Of a stretch of DNA of 64,000 bases, positions 53,004-64,000 are shown piece by piece. The notes under the pieces are model-generated. The model was not told the origin of the DNA. It ran no database searches and was given only the letters and a program-made list of their open reading frames with translations. The translations under genes and the position numbers were made by a program. The stretch comes from Octopus vulgaris (taxonomy: Eukaryota), in NCBI GenBank assembly GCA_951406725.2, contig OX597839.1, positions 15,190,001 to 15,254,000 of the forward strand, written 5' to 3'. Positions within the stretch are counted from its first letter, which is position 1. Each line of letters opens with the position of its first letter.

Positions 53004-53058
<55 letters not shown>

Positions 53059-53100
53059 CATATATATATATATACATATATATATATACATATATATATA

Positions 53101-55011
53101 TAATGTAGGAGTACGATTAATCTGTCCGACTAAATCGGATATCGGCAGACTTAGCAAGACTATCCTGGACAATGTGATCCCACGCATCAAACCCCACATC
53201 CCACTCCAACTATGGATTAACACCGACGATGTGCTAGAATGGTTTAACACTATCACCAATAGGCCCAACTACTCATTCATCCAATTCGACATAGCTAGCT
53301 ACTACGCCAGTATATCCCCCATCTTACTTAACAAATCCCTTATATTTGCCCGCAACCTTTCACTCATAGACAGAGAAAAAATTGACATAATACTATTAGC
53401 TAGAAAAACCATAATAGAATTCGACGGTAGACTCTGGACCAGATCCGATACCCCCGACAATTTTGATGTGGCTATGGGCTCGAGCGATTCAGCTCAGGTG
53501 ACTGACTTTGTCGGGGCCTACCTGCTCAAGAAGCTTTTCTCCGAGGTACCGGATCTTCAGGGGGTCTATACAGAGACGACGCTCTCTTCATATACCCCAC
53601 CAACAATAGGAGTAAACTAGAAAGAATTAGGAAAAAGATCAGGCTTTTTTTCAAATCCTTCAATCTTAAACTAGCATTTATGACCAATACTAAAATAGTA
53701 AACTTCTTAGATGTTACGTTAGACTTGAATAAGCACCTTCACCACCCGTATAGGAAACCCGAAGAAACTACCAAATACATCCATACCTCTTCCAACCATC
53801 CACCCTGTATAATTAGCACCACGGTCCAAGCCATCTCAGACAGACTTACAAAACTATCGTCTAATAGAGAAATTTTCAATAATCACGAACAACACTACAA
53901 CCAGGCTCTCTATAGTGCCGGGTATAACCAGAGAATATCATATGTAGACCACCCGGGAACGTCCGTCGGCCATAAAACTCCCAATTATAATCGAACTCAG
54001 CACTCAACTCACACTAGCGATAATTCTAATTTAAACTCCAAACAACGTATAGGAAATAGGCGAACTAATAGAATAGCACACAATAGTAACCCTCCCGACG
54101 AGAGCAATATAGATCCTATTAGGAGAAATAGAAGGGATAATAGTAGATTACGCAAATATATATGGTTCAACATACCTTACATCTTAGCAGTTAGGGGTAA
54201 GTTATGTAAGAGAATATTCTCTATCATTTCCAACAACTTCCCACCCACCCATAAGTATAGAAGTATCTTCTCCAACAAAACCATTAGGATTTCCTACTCT
54301 ACCCTGCCCAACATGAGCTGCCTCATAGCTAAACATAACTATATTAATATTAGAACAGCTAGATCAAGAGCAAACTATAGCGACCAACAGAACCCCCCTC
54401 ATCTAGATAGTAGACAATATAACCAGACTGGCAGCCATACTACCCAAACAGTTAGTAATAACACCCGCCAACACAACAGAGGAAATACTACACCCATCAA
54501 CAACCAGGAGGATATCAACGCCCCCACTCGTATTGCAACACCTCCGCCTGGGATTAGCAGCACACGACCGAATAATGCAATGCAATGCAACTGCAGATGT
54601 GCATCAGAGTGCCCGCTACAGGGCGCATGTAGGGCGAAAAACGTAATATATTCATGTGAGGTGAGTACCCAGTTTAACACACTCACCTACATAGGTTGCT
54701 CAACTTCCTGGAAATCCAGATACTACAACCACCGGTCCTCGCTGAAACACAGACATAAGGCTAACAGCACCTCACTTTCTAAAAGAATTTGGGAATTAAA
54801 AGACAAATGCATAGGCTTCAAACTCAGGTGGTCCATCATCGGATCAGCTGCACCTTATTTAAATAATAGAGCAGGATGCCAACTATGTTGTGTAGAACTC
54901 CTGAACATCTTGAAATTCAAAGACAAACACAATCTTATTAACAAAAGGTCAGAGTTCAAACCATCCTGTATACACAAACTTATTAATACTTTCAAATACT
55001 ACAAAGCTTAG
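53101..55011 (+). pseudogene. Penelope RT-GIY-YIG with a single 1-bp frameshift just before YRDD
   Basis: [26 protein letters not shown], (G)LYRDD after adding one G in the run at about 53560, NFLDVTL, SNHP, CNCRCASECPLQGAC, NVIY...YIG. Confidence 0.92.
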
Positions 55012-56678
55012 GTTATTATACCAACTCCCCCATGCAATTTCCTCCCACCCGGTGCAACCTGTCGGCTCCAGCACATCCCGCTTTCCTATATGTGCGTGTA
55101 TATGCGTATATGTGTGCGTATATATATGTATGTGCACATATGTGTACGTATATGTATATATATATATATATATATGTGCGTGTGTGTGGGTGTGTGTATG
55201 TGCATATATGTTTCCCTGCATTTTCCTCCTATATATACAAATTTTGTCTCCCATATATTTCTTCTTTTCCCTACATATTTCTTCCCCTACACCCATTATA
55301 ATTTTTATATTTCATTTCTAACCTTTACATCGTATTTTTTATACTGTATTTCTTACTTTTATTTCTAATTTTTACCCTTACCCTCATTCTTACCCCTAAC
55401 TTATCGCTTTATATCTCTATATATGTCTATTTTTTTTGCTTATCCCTTATTTACTTACCTATGGATCCACTTTATGATTATATGAGCGTCCGTGTACGTA
55501 AGTATACGAATACATATATGTACATATGTACGAGTAAACATCTACGTCTGGATGTACATACCCCGTATTTCCTTTTTTACATGTTTTCTTATATTCATAT
55601 GTTTACACCTATTTGTATGCATCTTTTAATATCTTATAGCTATACCCATATGCGCGTATGTCTCTGTGTGTGTATGTAAGTGTATATGTGCACGCACATA
55701 TGGACACACAGCCGTGTGTGCGTGCACGTGTAGACGTGAGTGCGTGATTTTTTACATACGTTCTTATATACATCCTTTAATATCTTATATCTAAACCTGG
55801 AAGCGTGGGCATATGCGTATGTGTATGTAAGGATGGGCGCACGTATGTACATATGGGTGTGTACACGTATAATGTCCGTGTATACATGCGGATATTCTGT
55901 TGTATGTATGTATATGTACGCGCGTGCGTGTGGGTGTGTGTGTGTTTATGTACATGTTTACACGTGAGTGCGTGTGTATGCTTATAGGCTTGGAGGCGTA
56001 TATGTACGCGTGTATATGGGTGTATGTATCCATGATGGTATGTATGTACTAGATGACCAATTAATTCAAAGAACCAGATTAAACGCTCAACAGCTCTGAT
56101 TTACAACACATTAGGTCCCCAGACGACAATGTTGATTCATTGACACCCAAAACTTCTACAACTAAATTTTATCAATCTCCTGACCACCATGTTTGGTCCG
56201 TAACCTCTATACATCCCTTATCTTTATATTTTTTTACATTTTTATCATGTTTATTCCTATTTTTATTTTTTTACTTTTTACTTTTATTTCTATTTCCATT
56301 TTTACTTTATAACCGTATGCCTTTACATTTATTTATATTTCTTTATATTTCTTTATATTCTTTATACCCCCTTTACATCTCCTTATATCTCTTTATATCT
56401 TTATACTCTACATTTTTATATTTTTCTATACTTACACTTTTTATACATCTTTTATCCCTCGTCCTGAATTCTCGCCCCTCCATCTTCACGTCTATATATG
56501 TATTTATTTATTTACATTACTTCAACATCCAAATTTCCTCATTCTACATTGAGAGAAGAAAGAGATGGACGCTTCAATTCTATGCTGCTGCCGCATTATG
56601 TCGTACGCGAATGAGAGGATTTGCATCCCCAACCAAGAATTTTTGATGTAACACATGTCCTTGTGGAAGCTGTTGTGC

Positions 56679-56757
56679 GCGGCTGAAGAAAGGCCACAGA
56701 CATACATTATGCATTGTTATAAATCTGTCTAATAAAGGCACGAAACATATGTACCGC
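56679..56757 (+). ncRNA. Type I hammerhead ribozyme motif
   Basis: GCGG-CTGAAGA (56683-56689)...GAAA (56742-56745)-CATATG-TA-CCGC. Perfect 4-bp GC stem I, palindrome ACATATGT. Confidence 0.82.
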
Positions 56758-57017
56758 TGAGTCCTTCGCATCATGTTTTTATTTTGATCAATTTACTCCA
56801 CCACCTACACCACCAAACGGTATACACAGGTGCTTATAATTATCAAGTACTCACCCCGAATTTCTATACATATATACATATATATATACATATATACATA
56901 TATATATATATACACATATATATATATACATATATATATATACATATATATATATACATATATATATATACATATATATATACATATATATATATACATA
57001 TATATATATCTATATAC

Positions 57018-57090
<73 letters not shown>

Positions 57091-57094
<4 letters not shown>

Positions 57095-57213
57095 TGATTG
57101 ATTGATTGATTCTAGTTTCAGCTTATGAGCTGTGGCCATGCTGGGGCACCGCCATTTGGTGTTGCTACTTGGTTTCACTTCACGAAAGCTTTCTAGCAAC
57201 TGGTGATTTGGAG

Positions 57214-57214
<1 letters not shown>
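57091..57214 (-). mobile_element. Second copy of the chimeric LINE 3' stub
   Basis: Matches 51746-51873, including the GCAACTG|GTGATTTGGAGA junction. Confidence 0.9.
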
Positions 57215-57298
<84 letters not shown>

Positions 57299-57331
57299 CA
57301 TATATATATATACACATATATATATACATAC

Positions 57332-57364
<33 letters not shown>

Positions 57365-57483
57365 CATATATGTATATATATACATACATATATATATATA
57401 TACATATATATATATACATACATATATATATATACATACATATATATATATATACATACATATATATATATACATACATATAT

Positions 57484-57484
<1 letters not shown>

Positions 57485-57517
<33 letters not shown>

Positions 57518-58623
57518 CCAGTTTCAGCTCATGAGCTGTAGCCATGCTGGGGCACCGCCATTTGGTGTTGCTACTTGGTTTTACTTCACGAAAGCTTTTT
57601 AGCAACTCCCATTTGGTGCATGAGGGAGTTCGATGTAGCTGCCCTCATCTGTACCTCCTGCCGTGAAGTTGGTTCATCTGGGACACCTGACAGGAAGAGA
57701 TCCAGTTCCATTTTAAAGACATCTGCATCCACCCCATGCAGGTCTCTCAGGTTCTTCGGGAGGATATTGAAGAGCTGTGGGCCACGGAAGCCCAGGCTAT
57801 CACAGTATCTTGTCTTACATCTTGATGGCAAATTTGGAGTCCTAGGCACCACGCAGTGGCGCCCAGTTCTGGCATTTGTGTAACTCTCGATGCCAAAGTT
57901 TGGGACACGTCCCTCCATATCTTTCCCGCCTACGCTCCAGGGAATATAGTTTTAATCTCTTGAGTCTTTCCCAGTAGCTTACATTCTGCATAGAGGCTAT
58001 CTTCTTCGTGTAGCTACGCTGGATCGCCTCAAGCTCTGAGATCAACTTGACACTGGATGGTGACCATAACTGAGAGCAATAGTCAAAGTGGCTTAGGACA
58101 AGTGTCCTCCAGAGGACCATCATGGTTTCTTGTTCTCTTGTTCTAAAGGTTCTGAGAATCCATCCAGCCAGCCGTCTACATTTTATTGCCAGTTTAGCAA
58201 CATATACATGAAAGTTCGCGTCATCACTCATGTGAATACCCAGGTCACGCACTGATTGTGCCTCTGGGATTGCAATCCCTCCGGGTCCAGTGTATTCATT
58301 GGGTGTTGCATTCAGTTTTGCATGCTCATAGTATAAAGCTTGAAACTTTTCAGCATTGAACTGCATGCTATTCTTTTCAGCCCACTTGTATATTTCGTCC
58401 AGCTCACATTGCAGGTGCTTAGTGTCTTCAGGGTTCTGTATTGCCTGTGAAACTTTTGTATCGTCTGCATAACTTGTGATCGTGGCTCTCTGCGTGGCTG
58501 AGGGCATGTCTGAGAGGGCCATTATGAACAGTAGTGGTTCCAAAACAGTGCCCTACGGAACACCGCTCACTATTTGTGTGTTAATGGCTGCTACAACCTG
58601 ACATCTATTCTTCAGAAAGTCAT
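57485..58623 (-). mobile_element. 5'-truncated CR1/L2-group LINE with microdeletions
   Basis: YADD region to the 3' end. About 26 bp deleted near 57916 and about 15 bp near 58586. Has TAC where the 14483 and 49076 copies have TAG. Confidence 0.93.
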
Positions 58624-58733
58624 ATATACATACATATATATATATACATACATATACATATATATATATATACATACATATATATATATATATACATACA
58701 TATATATATATACATACATATATATATATATAC

Positions 58734-58786
<53 letters not shown>

Positions 58787-58819
58787 AATATATATATATA
58801 CATATATATGTATATATAC

Positions 58820-58948
<129 letters not shown>

Positions 58949-58974
58949 CATATGTATATATAAATATATATATG

Positions 58975-59007
<33 letters not shown>

Positions 59008-59308
59008 GTATATATATATGTATATATATATATGTATGTATATATATGTTTGTATATATATATATGTATGTATATATATGTTTGTATATATATATGTATG
59101 TATATATATATGTATGTATATATATATATGTATGTATATATATATATATATGTATATATATATGTATGTATATATATACATATATGTATATATATATGTA
59201 TATATATATGTATATATATATATATGTATATATATATGTACATATATATATATATATACATATATATATGTATATATATATGTACATATATATATATATA
59301 TACATATA

Positions 59309-59357
<49 letters not shown>

Positions 59358-59358
59358 G

Positions 59359-59400
<42 letters not shown>

Positions 59401-59402
<2 letters not shown>

Positions 59403-59440
59403 CAAATCAAATCAAAATAGATGAACATCAATGGAATTTG
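59401..59440 (-). mobile_element. Retroposon 3' stub with (TTTGA)n tail; also at 63965-64000
   Basis: (ATCAA)n-AATAGATGAAC occurs twice, each time directly after a TA array. Confidence 0.6.
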
Positions 59441-59442
59441 TA

Positions 59443-59497
<55 letters not shown>

Positions 59498-59580
59498 GTA
59501 GGTCCCGGGTTGATTCGGGGTTAACCACAGTAAATAAGGTACTCAATACATAGCAGAGTAAAATTAATTTATTATATAGG

Positions 59581-59631
59581 AGCTTCTACAGGACTAGAAC
59601 TGTTTCATTCAAGAGAAATCTTCAGGAAGCT
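59581..59631 (-). ncRNA. Compact type I hammerhead with a true stem III
   Basis: AGCTTC-CTGAAGA-TTTC(TCTT)GAAT-GAAA-CAG(TTCTAGTC)CTG-TA-GAAGCT. 6-bp stem I, GUA triplet. Confidence 0.8.
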
Positions 59632-59634
59632 AGT

Positions 59635-59815
<181 letters not shown>

Positions 59816-59826
59816 ATATATATGTA

Positions 59827-59968
<142 letters not shown>

Positions 59969-59974
59969 TATATG

Positions 59975-60006
<32 letters not shown>

Positions 60007-60016
60007 TGTATATATA

Positions 60017-60950
60017 TAACGGGAAGCTTTATGAAAATAGACAAAAGACGAAGGCAGGTGGAAAACAAACAAACAATTGTATTAGTATGGCGCTCCGGAA
60101 ATATAAATAAAACAAGTCTGTAACGTTTCGAGCCTACGCTCTTGAACAGAAAGATACACAGAGAGAAAAAAAACACAGAAAGAAGGAGAGAAAAAAAATG
60201 CGTGCAGTATTTAACGAATCAACATGGCGATCTGATTTCGGCCAGAGGTCAAAGATCAAACATGAGACGCGAGAGCGAAATAAGGGGAGATAATAGGGTT
60301 GAATGACCAGCTATTAGTGCGTAGGAGAGGTCTGGACGTGTGTATGTATAGGGTTGGTGTATGTATTAGTATGTATAAGGGTGTGTGTGTGTGTGTGTGT
60401 GTGTGTATGAGAGAGTATTAGTGCGTAGGATAGGTCTGGACGTGCGTATGTATGTGGTTGGTGTATGTATTAGTATGTATTAGTACGTATTAGTATGTAT
60501 AAGTGTGTGTGTGTATGAGAGAGTATAAGTGCGTATGAGGGGTCTGGACGTGTGTATGTATAGGGTTGGTGTATGTATTAGTATGTATTAGTATGTATTA
60601 GTACGTATTAGTATGTATTAGTTGGTGTATGTATTAGTATGGCACATCATATATGATGTGATGTTTAAAGACGTGTGGTGTAGTGAGGAGAAGAGGGGGA
60701 GGGGGAGAAGAGGGGAAGGGGAGGGGAAGAAGGGGGAAGAGGAGAGGAAGGGGAGGAGAAGGGGAGGGGAAGAAGAGGTGGAGGAGAGGGGGGAAGAGGG
60801 GAGGAAGGGGAGGAGGAGGGAGAGGAGGAAAGAGGGAGTGAGGGAGCAGAGGGAAGAAGGGAAGGGGAGTAGGGGTGAAAGGATGAAGGACTGAAGAAGT
60901 AGGGGTAGGGGGAAGGATAGGTGAGGAGGGGGGAGAGGGGGGTTAGATGA
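60017..60950 (-). mobile_element. Non-coding pLTR-like element with a minisatellite and polypurine tract
   Basis: Homologous to 13521-13638. About three ~105-bp units at 60312-60640 and a G/A tract at 60685-60945. Confidence 0.6.
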
Positions 60951-60960
60951 TATATATATG

Positions 60961-60991
<31 letters not shown>

Positions 60992-61020
60992 GTATATATA
61001 TATATGTATATATATATATA

Positions 61021-62845
61021 AATCCTTAAATCCTTAAAAATGTTTTAGCCCGAAGGCCGCGGCCATGCTGGGGCACCACCGCTGAATGAGCTACACTAGT
61101 TTGTGAATCTACCTCTGATACGTGGCACTTGATCAACAAGGAGTTCGATGCTGCTGCCCGCATCCGTGTCTCCTGTCGTGAGGTAGGTTCATCTGGGACT
61201 CCCAACAAGAAGAGATCCAGTTTAGTTTTAAAGAAACCCACATCCACACCATGTAAGTCTCTCAGGCATTTAGGGAGGATGTTAAAGAGCTGTGGTCCTC
61301 TGAAACCCAAGCTGTTGCAGTATCTGGACCTGTATTTTGATGGTGATGTTGGAATCCTTGGCACCACGCAGCGGCGCCCCGTTCTGCGGTTGGAGTAACT
61401 TTGAATGCCAAAGTTTGGGACAAGACCCTCCAGGATTTTCCAGATGTATATCACTGCATATCTCTCCCGCCTCCGCTCCAGGGAGAAGAGGTTTAATACC
61501 TTCAGTCTTTCCCAGTAGCTGACATTTTGCATTGAGACGATTTTCTTTGTGTAGCTTCTCTGAGTTGCTTCGAGTTCTGCTGTTTGTTTTATATTGTGTG
61601 GTGACCAAAGTTGGGAGCAGTAGTCCAAGCGGCTGAGGACAAATGTTTTCCATAGGACCATCAGTGTCTCCTTCTCTCTTGTTCTGAAAGTTCGGAGAAT
61701 CCATCCAGCTAGCCGTCTGCATTTTATCACCAGATTAGCAATATGCATTTGGAAAGATGCATCATTGCTCATGTCAATGCCCAGGTCACGCACTGATTTT
61801 GACTCAGGGATTGCAATTCTTCCTGGGCCAGTGTATCCAGTCTTCACGTCATTTACCTTTGTGTGCCAGTAGCGCAGGGCCTGGAACTTACCTGCATTAA
61901 ACTGCATGTTGTTGTCCTCAGCCCACCTGTATATTGTGTCCAGCTCATGTTGCAGATGCGCAATATTTTCAGGGTTTTGTATTGCGTGGGAGACTTTTGT
62001 GTCATCTGCATAGCTAGCAAGGGTGGTCATCGTAGCAACTGAAGGCATGTCTGAAAGGGCCACTATGAACATCAGTGGCCCCAAGACAGTGCCCTGTGGG
62101 ACACCGCTTGTTATTTGCGTTTCCCTGGAGGTGGCTCCATTGCTCACAACTGCCTGTTTTCTGTCTTTTAGGAAGTTGTGCAGCCACTCTCCAAGTTTCC
62201 CGCCTATGCCGAGACCACGCAGTTTGTGACAGATCATACCATGGTCGACTTTATCAAAGGCTTTTGCAAAGTCAAGATATATTACATCCACATTTGAGCC
62301 ATTTAGTAGCTGTTTCAACACCCAGTCATAGTGTTGCAGGAGCTGTGTTAGGCAGCCTCTACCTGGTCGAAATCCATGCTGAGTGTCAGACAGTAAGTCA
62401 TTTTCTTCAAGGAACATGATTAGTTTCTTACGGACTATTCGTTCCATGACTTTGCTGATGTGTGAGGTCAGAGAGATAGGCCTATAATTTTTAGCATCTG
62501 CTCTGCTACCTCCCTTATGGATAGGGCATATTACCCCCTCTTTCAGTTTGACTGGGAGCTTACCACTTGCAAGAAAGCTCTGAAAAAGAAGCTGTAGCGG
62601 TTTTGCAAGGGCTCGTTTGCACGATTTGAGAAGGATCGCTGGGAATCCATCAGGTCCAGCAGCTGAGTTTGTGTCAATCTCATCAATGGCTAGTGTGATA
62701 TCATCTTCTTCGATGTTGATGTACTCAATTTTTGTCTCTTTGGCCGCTGGTAAAGTGGCAAAGAATTCTTCTGGGTTGTTTACTTGCCTGTGTCCTAGAG
62801 GTGTAGTGAACACACTTTGGAACTGTTCGTTCAGTATTTCACTTA

Positions 62846-62846
<1 letters not shown>
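61021..62846 (-). mobile_element. 5'-truncated CR1/L2-group LINE, divergent subfamily with an uninterrupted RT frame
   Basis: About 600 open codons from LSEILNEQF to the stop at 61026. Tail (TAAGGATT)2. TA arrays on both sides. Confidence 0.95.
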
Positions 62847-62920
<74 letters not shown>

Positions 62921-62987
62921 CATATATATATATACATATATATATACATATATATATATACATATATATATATACATATATATATAT

Positions 62988-63051
<64 letters not shown>

Positions 63052-63102
63052 TATATACATACATATATATATATACATATATATATACATATATATATAT
63101 AC

Positions 63103-63157
<55 letters not shown>

Positions 63158-63172
63158 CATATATATATATAC

Positions 63173-63217
<45 letters not shown>

Positions 63218-63229
63218 CATATATATTTC

Positions 63230-63832
63230 AACAATTGAGGGTAAAATTAATTAATTATTAATCAATTTCACCAAGTATTCAGTATGTAAAGGGACCATTA
63301 TAGGCGAATTCAAAATATTACATTATATATAAGGGCTTAGTAAAATAAATTACTTTGCCACATACTGAACTCATTAGAAATAGCAGCTAAAGAAATTTCT
63401 TCAGCTATTTCTAATACTTAAAGATCTCTCTCAGATAGTGCTTGCCTGAAAGTCGGGAGCATACCCTTTCGGCTTCTAATCACCTCTAGAATTCTGCTCG
63501 AACTAAAAGTGCTATCAAATTCGAATATGCAAGAGAAGAATTTCTGCTCCCGACTTTCAGTGTTCCCAAATCCGATTCAAGGAATTCTGAGCTGAAGAAA
63601 GAAGTGTCGAATTGACTAATCTAGAAACGTACGTTCTCAAAAAACCTTTGCACTTGATTTTTTAATGTTTTTTCCCCCATACTTTTGTGAGTTGGTTTAG
63701 GCAAGCACTATCTGAGAGAGATCTTTAAGTATTAGAAATAGCTGAAGAAATTTCTTTAGCTGCTATTCTAATGAGTTCAGTATGTGGCAAAGTAATTTAT
63801 TTTACTAAGCCCTTATATATATAATGTAATAT
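63230..63832. mobile_element. Non-coding fold-back pLTR element enclosing a hammerhead
   Basis: Inverted arms 63315-63447 / 63699-63832 and nested arms 63446-63461 / 63545-63560. Related to block A at 4089/4691. Confidence 0.8.
63588..63639 (+). ncRNA. Type I hammerhead ribozyme motif
   Basis: TGAG-CTGAAGA (63592-63598)...GAAA (63624-63627)-CGTACG-TT-CTCA. Palindrome ACGTACGT. Confidence 0.78.
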
Positions 63833-63836
63833 ATAC

Positions 63837-63966
<130 letters not shown>

Positions 63967-64000
63967 CAAATCAAATCAAATCAAATCAAAATAGATGAAC

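Larger units (their letters stand above)
53101..56865 (+). mobile_element. 5'-truncated Penelope-like element (Neptune-like) with a long 3' UTR/pLTR
   Basis: ORF 53101-55011, then about 1.8 kb of simple-repeat-rich UTR with a hammerhead at 56679-56757. TA arrays on both sides. Confidence 0.9.

Noticed and set aside
60622-60945. G/E/R-rich ORF and G-quadruplex-prone tract
   Set aside because: Low-complexity polypurine repeat with no evidence of coding or regulatory function.
63375-63385. TAGAAATAGCA resembles the engineered sgRNA scaffold
   Set aside because: Only a short match inside an endogenous repeat motif, and the flanks do not match.

Overview
AT-rich, repeat-saturated animal genomic DNA, probably a large intron or gene desert. 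An octopus-like cephalopod origin is inferred from the SINE types and the huge (TA)n/(TATACA)n arrays. The only host coding signal is one 120-bp phase 1-1 calcium-binding EGF exon (3418-3537, minus strand). The rest is transposon material: two long Penelope-like elements (RT + C-terminal GIY-YIG, Neptune-like) and many orphan pseudo-LTRs; several 5'-truncated CR1/L2-group LINE copies, all in TA arrays and all on the minus strand; RTE, Tx1-like and R4/Dong-like LINE fragments; mariner, Tc1, DD37D/maT-like, Tigger, hAT and Chapaev3-like DNA transposon relics; and tRNA-derived SINEs. The main hidden layer, invisible in the ORF track, is a dense set of type I hammerhead ribozyme motifs (CUGANGA...GAAA...UH). 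There are about a dozen near-complete ones from several dissimilar pseudo-LTR families, most with a palindromic stem III that suggests dimeric cleavage, often inside inverted duplications. Also notable are a 422-codon open frame that runs through three unrelated transposons, and LINE copies whose internal deletions are patched with TA repeats. Folds were read by eye and no database searches were run.
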